NCBI GenBank assembly: GCA_016931785.1 | Contig: JAFGED010000206.1 | Span: 1-54,567, forward strand | Length of the DNA stretch: 54,567 bases | Origin: Anaerolineae bacterium | GTDB taxonomy: Bacteria; Chloroflexota; Anaerolineae; B4-G1 | Direction: 5' to 3' | Made by a program: the position numbers and the translations under genes | Shown here: positions 15,984 to 25,859 of the stretch, piece by piece | Layout of the letters: every line of letters begins with the position of its first letter | How positions within the stretch are numbered: the first letter of the stretch is position 1 | Notes under the pieces: model-generated | Told to the model about the DNA's origin: nothing | Database searches by the model: none | The model's input: only the letters and a program-made list of their open reading frames with translations

Positions 15984-18530
15984 ATGAGACGACTTCAGGC
16001 GGTCTTTTGCTCCAACGCTGTAGTGCTCCTGGCAGGCGTTTTCCTGGCCTACTCTCTGTTCACCTTGGCGATGACCTGGCCGGTGGTCGCTCAGCTAAAC
16101 ACCCGCTTGATAGGCACCGGCGATGACATGTGGGTGCACTACTGGAACGACTGGCGGATCAAGCAGATCTTGCAGCAGGGCGGGGATATCTACTACACCC
16201 CTTTGCTGTTTCATCCCACGGGTGTCAGTCTTCTGCACCACAACTTGGCTTGGGTGAACATTGCCACCTGGCTGTTCCTAGAACCCATCGTTGGCTCCTT
16301 CGCTGCTTATAACTTGGTTCACTTGCTCCACATTCCTCTATGTGGATTGACGATGTTTCTGCTTGGTCGCCGCCTGTTCAAGTTGGACGGCATCGCTTTT
16401 TTGAGCGGCCTGGTCTTTGCCTTCTGGCCCTATCGCATCACTGATGTCAACCATCCCAATATGATCTCCACCGAGGTGTTCCCGCTGTTTATGTTGTTCT
16501 TGCTGCGGCTGTTTCGCGATGGGAGACAGATCCGGGATGGAGTGATCGCCGGTGTGCTGCTGGCGTTGATCGGCTACATGCGCTGGCAACTGGCGATTCT
16601 GGCCGGGTTTATGGCCTGCCTGTACGTGCTCTACACGCTCGTCTGGGAGCGCGGGCAGTGGGGCTGGCGGACGTTAGCCGGATTGATGGTAGTGGTGGGG
16701 GTATCTGTCGTGTTGGTAGCTCCTGCCGTCTATCCGCTGGTACGGGCGGATTTAGCAGGCGGCTTTTCGGATGAGACATACGAGATGCAACTTGGAAGTA
16801 GCCAGGATTTGTTGAACTGGCTCGTTCCCCAGCAGCAGCATCCATTGCGCGATCTATACAACAGGGTCTTTGCAAACTACGCTGGTATTCCAGAAGGGGA
16901 TAGGAACTCGGCTTTCTTGGGCCACATCGTGCTTGTGCTGGCTGGTGTAGGGACCGTGAAGCGCTGGAAAGAGACGCGGTTTTGGTTTATTCTGGCGGCG
17001 GTGTGCTTCCTGCTGGCCTTGGGGCCTCATCTCCAGTTCAACGGCGATCACTATGTCAATATCTCGCTGCCCATTCGCTTGATCGATTGGGCGCTGCCGG
17101 TTCGGATGCTGCGTTACCCACATCGCTTCACCGCTCTCCTGGCCCTGCCCGTGGCTGCCCTGGCTGGATTTGGCGCTCTGGTTCTGCGGGGGTGGCTAGC
17201 GCGGCGGCAATGGGGTAAACGGATCGCTCGCCCGGCGATCTTTGGTACGCTGTCGGGGTTGTTGATCCTGGCGGATTACGTTAGCATTCCCACGGCGACG
17301 GTCTCGACTCACGTGCCTGATTTCTACCTTGATCTCGCCAGCGAAGCGGGTGATTTCGCCATTGTGGAGTTGCCAGGGCGACGGCATGACGCGGCTCCCT
17401 ACATGTTTTACCAGACCGCGCATGGCCATCCTTTGCAGACGGGGCACATCTCCCGGGTTCCATCCGAGGCTCTCGATTTCATCTCCTCTGTCCCTGTACT
17501 GAGCATGACGTACGAGGAGGGAACGCTGAATACCAAGCCTCCGGATATTTCGCGCCAGCTTGCCATGTTGGCGGATGCCGGCTTCCGGTATATCGTCGTG
17601 CATAAGGACACGATCACGCCAGAGCAGTTGGTGCAGTGGCGCTTCTATTTGGTGATATCGCCCTATTATGAGGATGATGAGGTATTGGTCTATTCCACCA
17701 CCCATGTGGTGGGGGAGGATTGCCCTTTGCTGCACGACCTTGGAATGGGACTGTGGATGGTCGAGGTCGGGCTATCCACGGAGGGCGTCAGGCCAGGCGA
17801 TGTGCTGGCAGTGGAGGTCGTCTGGGGTACGACTGCCTCACCGGGCGCGGATTTTCAGGTCGAGATGGCCCTGGTCGACGAGAAGGGAGATGCGGGCCAG
17901 GCGGAGCGCTTTGCCCTCTCGCCGGGTTGGCCCGCGGATGAGTGGCCGGAAAACACAATCGCGCGCGCGAGGTATTCCCTGGTCGTTGACAGGTGGCTAG
18001 ATGGCGGGACGTACAGCGTCGTGTTGGGCCTCGTACAGGATGGGCGGCCGGTGGGCCAGGGTGTGGAAGCGGGCAAAGTCGAGGTGCAGTTGCCGGAGCG
18101 CGGCTTTGCGGTGCCGGTCATGGCTCAAGAGGTTGGGGCGACCTTCGGGGGCGATTTATGCCTGCTGGGCTATGATCTGGAGGTGGAGGCGGGTTCACTT
18201 CACGTGACGCTGCACTGGCAGGCGCTGCGGCGGATGGACGTGAGCTATACGATGTTCGTACACGTTTTCGACCCCGCCACGGGTGAGATAGTGAGCCAGG
18301 CGGATGTCGTGCCGTATGGGTATACGTACCCCACCGCCTGGTGGGAGGCCGGAGAGGTGCTCAGCGACGAGGTCACGGTCTCATTAGAGGAGGTCCTGCC
18401 GGGGACGTACGGCCTGGCCGTGGGGGTCTATAACGCTGATACAGGAGAGAGGTTGGCGATCTCAGGTCAACCCTCCAGCTTTGCCGTGGACGACCGCCGG
18501 CTTTTTCTGCCGGAAGAGATCGCGCACTGA
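15984..18530 (+). CDS. Type-B polytopic membrane protein with two shared C-terminal modules
   Basis: ORF 15696..18530 trimmed to ATG 15984 (MRRLQAVF). The upstream part overlaps the previous gene, the terminator and the promoter. LAMTWPV..WNDWR..LFHPTG. Module 2 LLGYDLEV..VTLHWQALRRMD..MFVHVFDPATGEIVSQADVVP..YPTAWWEAGE. Confidence 0.88.
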   Translation: MRRLQAVFCSNAVVLLAGVFLAYSLFTLAMTWPVVAQLNTRLIGTGDDMWVHYWNDWRIKQILQQGGDIYYTPLLFHPTGVSLLHHNLAWVNIATWLFLEPIVGSFAAYNLVHLLHIPLCGLTMFLLGRRLFKLDGIAFLSGLVFAFWPYRITDVNHPNMISTEVFPLFMLFLLRLFRDGRQIRDGVIAGVLLALIGYMRWQLAILAGFMACLYVLYTLVWERGQWGWRTLAGLMVVVGVSVVLVAPAVYPLVRADLAGGFSDETYEMQLGSSQDLLNWLVPQQQHPLRDLYNRVFANYAGIPEGDRNSAFLGHIVLVLAGVGTVKRWKETRFWFILAAVCFLLALGPHLQFNGDHYVNISLPIRLIDWALPVRMLRYPHRFTALLALPVAALAGFGALVLRGWLARRQWGKRIARPAIFGTLSGLLILADYVSIPTATVSTHVPDFYLDLASEAGDFAIVELPGRRHDAAPYMFYQTAHGHPLQTGHISRVPSEALDFISSVPVLSMTYEEGTLNTKPPDISRQLAMLADAGFRYIVVHKDTITPEQLVQWRFYLVISPYYEDDEVLVYSTTHVVGEDCPLLHDLGMGLWMVEVGLSTEGVRPGDVLAVEVVWGTTASPGADFQVEMALVDEKGDAGQAERFALSPGWPADEWPENTIARARYSLVVDRWLDGGTYSVVLGLVQDGRPVGQGVEAGKVEVQLPERGFAVPVMAQEVGATFGGDLCLLGYDLEVEAGSLHVTLHWQALRRMDVSYTMFVHVFDPATGEIVSQADVVPYGYTYPTAWWEAGEVLSDEVTVSLEEVLPGTYGLAVGVYNADTGERLAISGQPSSFAVDDRRLFLPEEIAH

Positions 18531-18636
18531 GCGTTGGCAAATGGCCTGGCGTTTGTCGCCGGGAGATGGCTGCATAATTGCCGCGTTCTGCTGCTTGGCG
18601 TATACCCGTCAGCAGAGGAGGAGGAAGTTACTTCAC

Positions 18637-21186
18637 ATGCCGAGGCGAAGTAAGTGGAGCGGCCTTTTGGGAGTGGTCGTGTTGGTGTTCCTGGCCAATG
18701 TGGCCGTCCTGAGCGGCGTCTCCCGCTGGTTGACTTTTGGGTTTGGCCTGGTTTTGATCTGCCTTTTGCCCGGCTACCTGCTTTTGCAGGTCGTTCTGTC
18801 TAATGGGCCTGTGCTCAACTGGATCGAACGCGCTGTGCTGGAAATCGGCGTGGGTTTTGGCGTTTTAACGCTGGGGGTCCTGCTTCTCCATTATTTGCCG
18901 GGTCCTTTGACCAGGCTTTCGCTACTGGCCTTTTACGATGGCATCGCCTTGCTGCTCGCGGGTTTGCTCTCGCGGCGTGAAGGTGAGGCAAAGGCCCGCG
19001 CTGCCGGCGTTCCGCTCCGTCATCTCTTGCCCCTTTTGGGCTTGGTGCTCGTGGCGGCCTTTCTACGCTTTGGCAACCTGGGCTATTCCGAATTCCAGGG
19101 GGACGAGTCGCGTGCCATGCTGATGGCCGCGGGCGTGGTCCGGGGTGAGGATGGCATCCTATTTTTGCACAAGAAGGGACCTGTGGAGATACTTCTCCCA
19201 ACTGCCTTTTATGCTTTGGATGGCACGATTGAGGAGTTCACCGCTCGCTTCCCGTTCGCCCTGGCAAGCGTGACCGGTATGGGGTGTGTCTACGTCCTGA
19301 CCCGGCGGCTGTTCCCCAATCTGGTCCTCGCCGCACCGGCGGCAGCGGGCCTCCTGGCCGTCGATGGCTACATGGTGGCCTTTGGGCATATCGTCCAATA
19401 CCAGAGTGTGGTGTTTCTCATGATGGCGCTGGCGGCGTGGTGTGCTTACGTCTGGTACCGCGAAGGCAACGCCGTGTTGATCGTGCTCTCGGTATCGTTT
19501 ATCGCCGTGGGCGTCCTGGCGCACTATGAGGCCATCCTTGTAGCTCCCTTTGTAGCCTGGCTGTTTTGGCGTCGCGGGCGGGACGAAGGTTGGCGGTTCT
19601 CTCGATGGCTGCAGCGCGCTGTGGTCGCGGGAGCCGCTTTCGCCGTCGTGGCCGGCGTCTTTTACGTCCCGTTCGTCTTGAATCCCAGTTTCGCCAGCAC
19701 CGCCGACTATATCGTCGGACAGCGCGTCGGCGGAGGCGTGTTTCACAACAACCTGGGGGACTTTTTTTACCGGGCTACCTTTTACAGTTCGACGTATTAC
19801 ATCTCGTTTCTGGTTCTAGGGTTGCTGGTGTTTGCGGCGCGCCGCCTGCTTACGTGGCTGCGCCCTGCCATCTTTGGTGTGCTGGTTTTGCTTGTCCTGG
19901 TCGCCGGAATGGCCGTGGCGATGTTTTTCCCCCAGGTGTTGGTCATTGGGAGTCTGGACCTGGCGATCTTGCCTTTCGCGCTCGCGCTGGCCCTGTTGGT
20001 CGCATCGCCTCGCGCCACGACCGAGTACCGGGCAGTTCTGCTGTGGTTCGGTGCGCCGGCCTTGATCGCCCTGTTCCTGATGCAATTGCCCAAGACCCAC
20101 GTTTACACGATGTTCCCGGCCTGGGCCATCTTGGTGGGCGTGAGCCTCGACCGCGCGATCTCTGACATCGAGCGGCGGGTTGGACAGGCGTTGCTGGCAG
20201 TTAATATCCGCAAGATCGGCCTTGCCTTGGCCGGCGTCGTGCTGCTGGTCGTGTTTGGCTATTATGAGTACATCGTGTTTGTGCGGCACGAGCCGGATTT
20301 TCGGCGAGGCTATCCCCAGACGCTGCCTCCCTTCTACCTTACGTTCTACCGCGACGACCATCCCCCGGTAGGCGGCGGGGGTTTCGGGTTCCCCCACCGT
20401 GGCGGATGGAAAGCCATTGGCGCCCTCTATGCACAGGGTGTGCTGCAGGGCAGTTACGGCGCTAACGAGGAGACGCTCACCTCATCCTGGTATGTACGCC
20501 AGGCTCCGTGGTGCCGGGATGCAGCGGATCACTACTTTATCGCCAGCGTGATACACGATCCCGAGAGTATCCCGGTGGACCGTGTGCTTCAAGAGATGCA
20601 CACTGTGGGGCGCATTTGGTCTGATGGCCAACCGGTGCTGACGATCTATGGCCAGCAGGCCGTCGATAGCGTCGAGGATTACGACTTGGCGGAGCTTGAA
20701 GATGTGTTTGACGCAGCCGCCGCGCCCGACGTGTGGCTGTGGGCCCTAAAAGATCCAACGCCGCAGCATCATACAGACGCGCGGTTGGCGGAGAGGGTCC
20801 GGCTTCTCGGTTTTGATGTCTCTCCTGAGGTGATGGCCGGAGAAGTACTCTCCTTGAACCTGTACTGGCAGGTCGAGGCTCCCTTTGACCGTGACTATAG
20901 CGTTTTCACACATGTCGAGGTGGAGGGAGAGGATATCTGGGGGCAGAGTGACGGCATTCCTGCGTGCGGCTCTTTGCCCACGACAAAGTGGCAGCCCGGC
21001 GAGGTGGTCGTTGATGGCCATGCCCTGCTGATCGATCCGGCCACGCCGCCGGGCGAGTACCCGTTGCTGGTGGGATTGTATGACGCGATGACGGGCGAGC
21101 GCATGCGGGTGAGCGGCCGTGATGCCAATTCGCGCGGCGATACGGTGTATCTTGGGACGGTGCGCGTCGTCGCGCCGGCCGAATAG
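18637..21186 (+). CDS. Type-D PMT_2/GT39-like GT-C glycosyltransferase with one shared C-terminal module
   Basis: ORF 18481..21186. ATG 18637 (MPRRSKW) follows GAGGAGGAGGAAG. First-loop motif NLGYSEFQGDESRAM. Module LLGFDVS..LNLYWQV..DYSVFTHVE..LPTTKWQPGEVV..GEYPLLVGLYDAMTGERM. Confidence 0.85.
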   Translation: MPRRSKWSGLLGVVVLVFLANVAVLSGVSRWLTFGFGLVLICLLPGYLLLQVVLSNGPVLNWIERAVLEIGVGFGVLTLGVLLLHYLPGPLTRLSLLAFYDGIALLLAGLLSRREGEAKARAAGVPLRHLLPLLGLVLVAAFLRFGNLGYSEFQGDESRAMLMAAGVVRGEDGILFLHKKGPVEILLPTAFYALDGTIEEFTARFPFALASVTGMGCVYVLTRRLFPNLVLAAPAAAGLLAVDGYMVAFGHIVQYQSVVFLMMALAAWCAYVWYREGNAVLIVLSVSFIAVGVLAHYEAILVAPFVAWLFWRRGRDEGWRFSRWLQRAVVAGAAFAVVAGVFYVPFVLNPSFASTADYIVGQRVGGGVFHNNLGDFFYRATFYSSTYYISFLVLGLLVFAARRLLTWLRPAIFGVLVLLVLVAGMAVAMFFPQVLVIGSLDLAILPFALALALLVASPRATTEYRAVLLWFGAPALIALFLMQLPKTHVYTMFPAWAILVGVSLDRAISDIERRVGQALLAVNIRKIGLALAGVVLLVVFGYYEYIVFVRHEPDFRRGYPQTLPPFYLTFYRDDHPPVGGGGFGFPHRGGWKAIGALYAQGVLQGSYGANEETLTSSWYVRQAPWCRDAADHYFIASVIHDPESIPVDRVLQEMHTVGRIWSDGQPVLTIYGQQAVDSVEDYDLAELEDVFDAAAAPDVWLWALKDPTPQHHTDARLAERVRLLGFDVSPEVMAGEVLSLNLYWQVEAPFDRDYSVFTHVEVEGEDIWGQSDGIPACGSLPTTKWQPGEVVVDGHALLIDPATPPGEYPLLVGLYDAMTGERMRVSGRDANSRGDTVYLGTVRVVAPAE

Positions 21187-21238
21187 GCGGCGTTGGGGAT
21201 GAGGGGCCTTGAGCCTTGATGCTGTAAGGAGCTATCGA

Positions 21239-23692
21239 ATGCGCCCAAGCTTACAAGGCCGATGCAAACACCTAGCTGTGCTAGGTTTTTTTGCGCTGTT
21301 GACCTTGGCCATCACCTATCCTATGCCCCTGCATATGGATCGGTTTTTGGTGGGCGAGGATATCGATGATTACATCAATCCTTGGGTGGATTGGTGGACG
21401 AATCACGTGCTTACCACGCCGGGCGAATCTCTATACCATACCGACTATTTGTTCTATCCTGATGGCGTCAGTCTGGTGTTTCACTCTTTCAGCCACGTCA
21501 ATACGGCGATCTCTTTGGCGTTACAGCCAGTGATCGGCCAACCGGCGGCTTACAATACCTCCGTACTGCTGGCGTACTTGCTTTCAGCTTTTGGTATGTA
21601 TCTTCTGGTTGCATACTTGACGGGGTCGAGGGTCGCTGGCATTTTGTCGGGTGTCGTGTTTGCTTTCAATCCCTATCACGTGTTTGAAAGCCATCATCCG
21701 GTGTTGGTGTCTGCTCAATGGATGCCATTTTCTGTGTTGTACCTGGTTCGCTGGCTGCGCGAGCGCCGGTGGAACCACCTGGCGCTGGCAGCGTTCTTTT
21801 TTTGGCTGAATGCCCTGACCAGTTGGCACCTGATGACTTTTTTTTCTCTGTGGTTGGCTGTCTTTGTGACATACTACACGATCTTTGAGCGAGATTGTTC
21901 CTGGCGAAAACGGGTTTGGGGGTTTGTGATGTTTGGTTTGTTGGCGGGCCTTTTGGTGCTGCCGTTCTTGTTGCCTTTGCTCCGCGAGCAGTTCACAGCT
22001 CAGCCCTATATGGAGGCCGACGTCGAGCAGGGCGTATCGATGGATCTTTGGAACGTGGTGGTGCCTCCGTGGATCGAATCGGTCACGGTAAGCGGCTACT
22101 TGGGGATCGTGACGCCGTTACTGGTGGGGATTGGCGTGTGGAAGGGCGGGCGAGAGGCACGGATGTGGGCGGTCGGAGCCCTGATTTTCTTCTTGATCGC
22201 CATTGGGCCTCAACTGCAGTTTCGGAAGCAGGCGCTCGAGGGCTTGACGCTCCCCTGGTCGACCGTTTTCATCCCCTTGCTGCGACATCCGTTTCGTTTC
22301 CAGTTGCTGGTCATGTTTGGTTTGGCAGGGGCTGCTGGATATGGTTGGGCCGTTGTACGTTCTGGCCTGAAGGGGCGATGGCTGTATGTGCTGTTCGCTG
22401 TGATAGCCCTGGTTCTGCTCATCGCCGATTACAGTCACTGGCCATTCCCACACGTCGATCCCGTCGTCTCGCCGTTCTATAAGCAATTGGCGCAGGAGCC
22501 GGGTGATTTCGCCATCGCGCCAATTCCATCGACACGCCAGACGGCCAAGTACTATATGTACTATCAAACTCTGCACGGCAAAAAGATTGTCGGCGGTCAC
22601 GTCTCGCGCACGCCGCCTGAGGCGCTTGCGTTCATGCAGAGCCACGATCTCATCTGGTCGGTCTGTACGCTTGGCAGCATCGATTCAGGTATCACCGATA
22701 TTTCGCGCCAATTCGACCGGCTGGCGGAAGTGGACATTCGCTACTTGGTGCTTCACAAAGACCGGGTATCGCCTGACTTGGCCGAACAGTGGAGGAAGTT
22801 TCTTCCCTTGATCCCGGCATACGAAGACGAGTTCCTCTTGGCTTATCGCACCGACCTGGAACTGGGGCGAGATTATGCGCTTGCGCATGAACTCGCACCT
22901 GCTTTTGGAATATTACGCGCACACGCCAACGCAGAAGTGCACCAGGGTACGTTCCTTGGCCTCGAGATTATCTGGGGGGCTGCAGAGCCTCCCGGACGCG
23001 ACTTGCAGGTTCAGGTCGAGTTTGTGGATCAGACGGGTGGCGTGGGGCAGATTGAGACGATGTCGCTCTATCCAGGCTGGTCGAGTTCCCAATGGGTTTC
23101 CGATACTGTCCTGATTGGGCGCTATCGGATGCGGGCTGATCCGGATCTCTCGCATGGGGAGTATATTGTGCGGGTGCGTGTGGTGGATGAACTGACGGGT
23201 GAACCATTTGGCGCTCCGGCCGAAGTGACCACGTTGACGGTGCAACCTGTCACACGGACGTACGAGCTTCCTACCCCTGACGTGCGCACCGACGGGTGCT
23301 TTGGCGACTGCCTGTGTTTGCTTGGGTACGATATTGAGGACCAAGGCGACGATCTGAAGATGGTGTTCCACTGGCGGGCCACGCGCTTGATGGAGCGAGA
23401 CTATGTGATCTCGACGCGCCTTCTGGATACGTCGAGTGGCAGCCGGGTTTGCCAGGTGGATGCCGCACCACGCGACTGGAGCTATCCAACGACGTGGTGG
23501 GATGTGGGCGAAGTGGTCAGCGATACACGGATTTGTGATCTGGGCGACGTGCCTGCCGGGCGGTATCGGTTGGAGGTCGTGGTGTATGAACCGCATTCGG
23601 GTGATGTTTTATCTCCCTCCGGCACCGGTCCAATTACGCCGTCTGCTGGCGGAGGACTGTTGTTGGGAGAGATAGACGTGCCCTTGCCCTAA
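21239..23692 (+). CDS. Type-B polytopic membrane protein with two shared C-terminal modules
   Basis: ORF 21209..23692. ATG 21239 lies 7 nt after AAGGAG (21226-21231). LAITYPM..WVDWW..LFYPDG. Module 2 LLGYDIED..MVFHWRA..YPTTWWDVGEVV..GRYRLEVVVYEPHSG. Confidence 0.88.
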   Translation: MRPSLQGRCKHLAVLGFFALLTLAITYPMPLHMDRFLVGEDIDDYINPWVDWWTNHVLTTPGESLYHTDYLFYPDGVSLVFHSFSHVNTAISLALQPVIGQPAAYNTSVLLAYLLSAFGMYLLVAYLTGSRVAGILSGVVFAFNPYHVFESHHPVLVSAQWMPFSVLYLVRWLRERRWNHLALAAFFFWLNALTSWHLMTFFSLWLAVFVTYYTIFERDCSWRKRVWGFVMFGLLAGLLVLPFLLPLLREQFTAQPYMEADVEQGVSMDLWNVVVPPWIESVTVSGYLGIVTPLLVGIGVWKGGREARMWAVGALIFFLIAIGPQLQFRKQALEGLTLPWSTVFIPLLRHPFRFQLLVMFGLAGAAGYGWAVVRSGLKGRWLYVLFAVIALVLLIADYSHWPFPHVDPVVSPFYKQLAQEPGDFAIAPIPSTRQTAKYYMYYQTLHGKKIVGGHVSRTPPEALAFMQSHDLIWSVCTLGSIDSGITDISRQFDRLAEVDIRYLVLHKDRVSPDLAEQWRKFLPLIPAYEDEFLLAYRTDLELGRDYALAHELAPAFGILRAHANAEVHQGTFLGLEIIWGAAEPPGRDLQVQVEFVDQTGGVGQIETMSLYPGWSSSQWVSDTVLIGRYRMRADPDLSHGEYIVRVRVVDELTGEPFGAPAEVTTLTVQPVTRTYELPTPDVRTDGCFGDCLCLLGYDIEDQGDDLKMVFHWRATRLMERDYVISTRLLDTSSGSRVCQVDAAPRDWSYPTTWWDVGEVVSDTRICDLGDVPAGRYRLEVVVYEPHSGDVLSPSGTGPITPSAGGGLLLGEIDVPLP

Positions 23693-23712
23693 ACGGCCTC
23701 TTGCGCTACAAT
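23684..23712 (+). promoter_or_regulatory. Sigma70-like promoter, cassette P1 copy 2 (-35 TTGCCC, 17 nt, -10 TACAAT), probable leaderless mRNA
   Basis: TTGCCC at 23684-23689 overlaps the last codons of the upstream gene (stop TAA 23690-23692). TACAAT at 23707-23712. ATG 23721 lies 8 nt downstream with no SD. Confidence 0.6.
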
Positions 23713-23720
23713 CCTTGCCG

Positions 23721-25859
23721 ATGAGATGGATCGAGTCGCTCGCTCAACGCCCCTGGGTGCGCCGCGCTTTCCCTGCGGCGCTTTTCGTCATAGCTTTTCT
23801 CCCTCGCGCCCTTCAGCCGGTCTCCCGCCCCCTGGTTTGGTATCTGCGCTCTGCGCACTTCATCGACGCGGTGCTGGCGGGTGACTGGGGCAACACCGTC
23901 TACTCGGAGCATCCAGGCGTGACGCTGATGTGGCCGGTGGCGATTGGCCTGAAGCTCTATTGGGCGCTCTCCGGCGTCACGCCGGCGGCGGAGAGCCTGT
24001 CGCCCGATTTCGAACCGATCCACTTTTTCGGCCCGGTGCCTGTGACAGAGATCGCCGCTGCGCTGCTGCCGTTGGCGCTGCTGATCTCGCTCTCCATCGT
24101 GGTGGCCTACTTTCTGCTGCGCCGCCTCTTTGGCGGGACGATCGCCGCTGTCGCCGGGCTGCTCCTGGCCACCAGCCCCTACTACCTGGCCCAGTCCAAG
24201 ATCCTCCACCTGGATGCGTGGATGGCGACGTTGATGTTGCTCTCGGCGCTGGCGCTGCTCTTGTATTGCCGCGAGCACCGCATGCGTTGGCTGATCCTCT
24301 CCGCCGTGCTGGGCGGGCTGGCGCTACTGGTAAAACCTACTGCTCTCTTCCTCGTGCCTTTTAGCGGTCTCGTTTTGCTCGTTCAGGCAATCCGCGACCG
24401 GCAGCCCGTTTTACGTTTTACGCTTTACGTTTCACGTTCTCTCTTCGCTTGGCTCCTCCTCGCCGCCCTCGTCTACTTTGCCCTCTGGCCCGCGATGTGG
24501 GTGGACCCCGTGCGGGCGCTGAAGGCGGTCGAATCCGGGTTGGCCCATCACGCCAGCACCGCTCACGATACGCCGACCTTTTACCTGGGGCAGGTCACGT
24601 ATGATGATCCGGGGCCGGGTTTCTATCTCGTGGCGATGCTCTTTCGCACCGGCGAGATCGAGCTGCTGTTTGCGGGTGTCGCGGCGGTTGCGGGGGGCAT
24701 CTACCTGCTTCGCCACAGGCGACTATCGCAGGCCGGGGTAGACTATCTGCTTCTCCTGGCCTTTGTCGTCTTTTTCCTGGCCCAGATGAGCCTGGGGGCC
24801 AAAAAGATGCCGCGCTATGTCCTTCCGGCTATCCTGGCGCTGGACGTGCTGGCGGCGGCGGGCATCGTCGCCTGGGCGCGCGCGCTGGCAGGCCGCGGGC
24901 TCCGACTGGCGTCGGCTTTGATGTCGCTCCCTCTGCTGGTTCAAGCGGTGCTTGTCCTGCCGCTTCACCCCTACTACGGCACAGCCGCCAACTGGCTGGC
25001 CGGCGGCCCACAGGCTGCCGCTCGCGCCATCCTCACCGGTGAGGAAGGGGAAGGGCTGGCGGAACTGGCTGCGACGCTCAACGCTCGCCCCGAGGCCGAG
25101 AGCACGACCGTCGCCGCGCAGCTCAAGCACGTGTTCAACCAATATTTCCGTGGCGCCACGCTGGATATTTACGAGCGGCCCGCCGACTATTTCGTCTTTC
25201 ATCGCAACTATACCGGGCGCGATTACAAGGTCGAGCAGTGGGGCGAGCTGTGGGAGCGATACGCCGCCCGCACGCCGGAGCGGGAGGTCGTCTTTGGCGG
25301 CGCGCCCTACGCCTGGCTCTATCCAGAGCTTTCTCCCGGCGCGTCGCCCGAGCACGCGCTGGAGGTTCGCCTGGGCGATCAGCGCCGCTTTCTGGGGTAC
25401 GACCTGCGCTCGACAGAGGTCGCTCCTGGGGATCGCGTGCCCGTCGTCCTCTATTGGCAGTCGACGGAGCTGGTCGCCGACGACTTGAGCGTTTTCCTCC
25501 ATCTCCTGAATGGCAGCGGCGAGTTGGTCTGGCAGGACGATGGGGCCGCCGCCCACGGCGCGCGGCCTACCTGGGGCTGGGAGGCCGGCGAGGTGATCGT
25601 CGATCCCCATACGCTGCCGCTGCCGCGGGACTTGCCTGAGGGAAATTACCTACTCGTGGTGGGCCTCTACGATTGGCAGAACGGGGAGCGGTTGCCTGCC
25701 TTTACACCGGCGGGCGAGCGGTTGGCCTACGACCAGGTCGCGGTAGCGACTTTTGCCGTGCGGCGGCCTGGCACCCACCCGATGGCTTGGGTCGCGCGGG
25801 TGGTGGGGGGATTGGTGTTACTTTCTTCATTGATGACGATCAGGAGGCGCGATGAGTGA
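23721..25859 (+). CDS. Type-A GT-C-like membrane protein, one shared module plus C-terminal TM anchor
   Basis: ORF 23715..25859 (TTG). ATG 23721 (MRWIESL) is preferred. VSRPLVWYLRS..YSEHPGVTLMW..SPYYLAQSKILHLDA. Module FLGYDLRS..VVLYWQS..LSVFLHLLNGSGELVWQDD..RPTWGWEAGEVI..GNYLLVVGLYDWQNGERL. Tail TM VVGGLVLLSSLMTI. Confidence 0.88.
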   Translation: MRWIESLAQRPWVRRAFPAALFVIAFLPRALQPVSRPLVWYLRSAHFIDAVLAGDWGNTVYSEHPGVTLMWPVAIGLKLYWALSGVTPAAESLSPDFEPIHFFGPVPVTEIAAALLPLALLISLSIVVAYFLLRRLFGGTIAAVAGLLLATSPYYLAQSKILHLDAWMATLMLLSALALLLYCREHRMRWLILSAVLGGLALLVKPTALFLVPFSGLVLLVQAIRDRQPVLRFTLYVSRSLFAWLLLAALVYFALWPAMWVDPVRALKAVESGLAHHASTAHDTPTFYLGQVTYDDPGPGFYLVAMLFRTGEIELLFAGVAAVAGGIYLLRHRRLSQAGVDYLLLLAFVVFFLAQMSLGAKKMPRYVLPAILALDVLAAAGIVAWARALAGRGLRLASALMSLPLLVQAVLVLPLHPYYGTAANWLAGGPQAAARAILTGEEGEGLAELAATLNARPEAESTTVAAQLKHVFNQYFRGATLDIYERPADYFVFHRNYTGRDYKVEQWGELWERYAARTPEREVVFGGAPYAWLYPELSPGASPEHALEVRLGDQRRFLGYDLRSTEVAPGDRVPVVLYWQSTELVADDLSVFLHLLNGSGELVWQDDGAAAHGARPTWGWEAGEVIVDPHTLPLPRDLPEGNYLLVVGLYDWQNGERLPAFTPAGERLAYDQVAVATFAVRRPGTHPMAWVARVVGGLVLLSSLMTIRRRDE

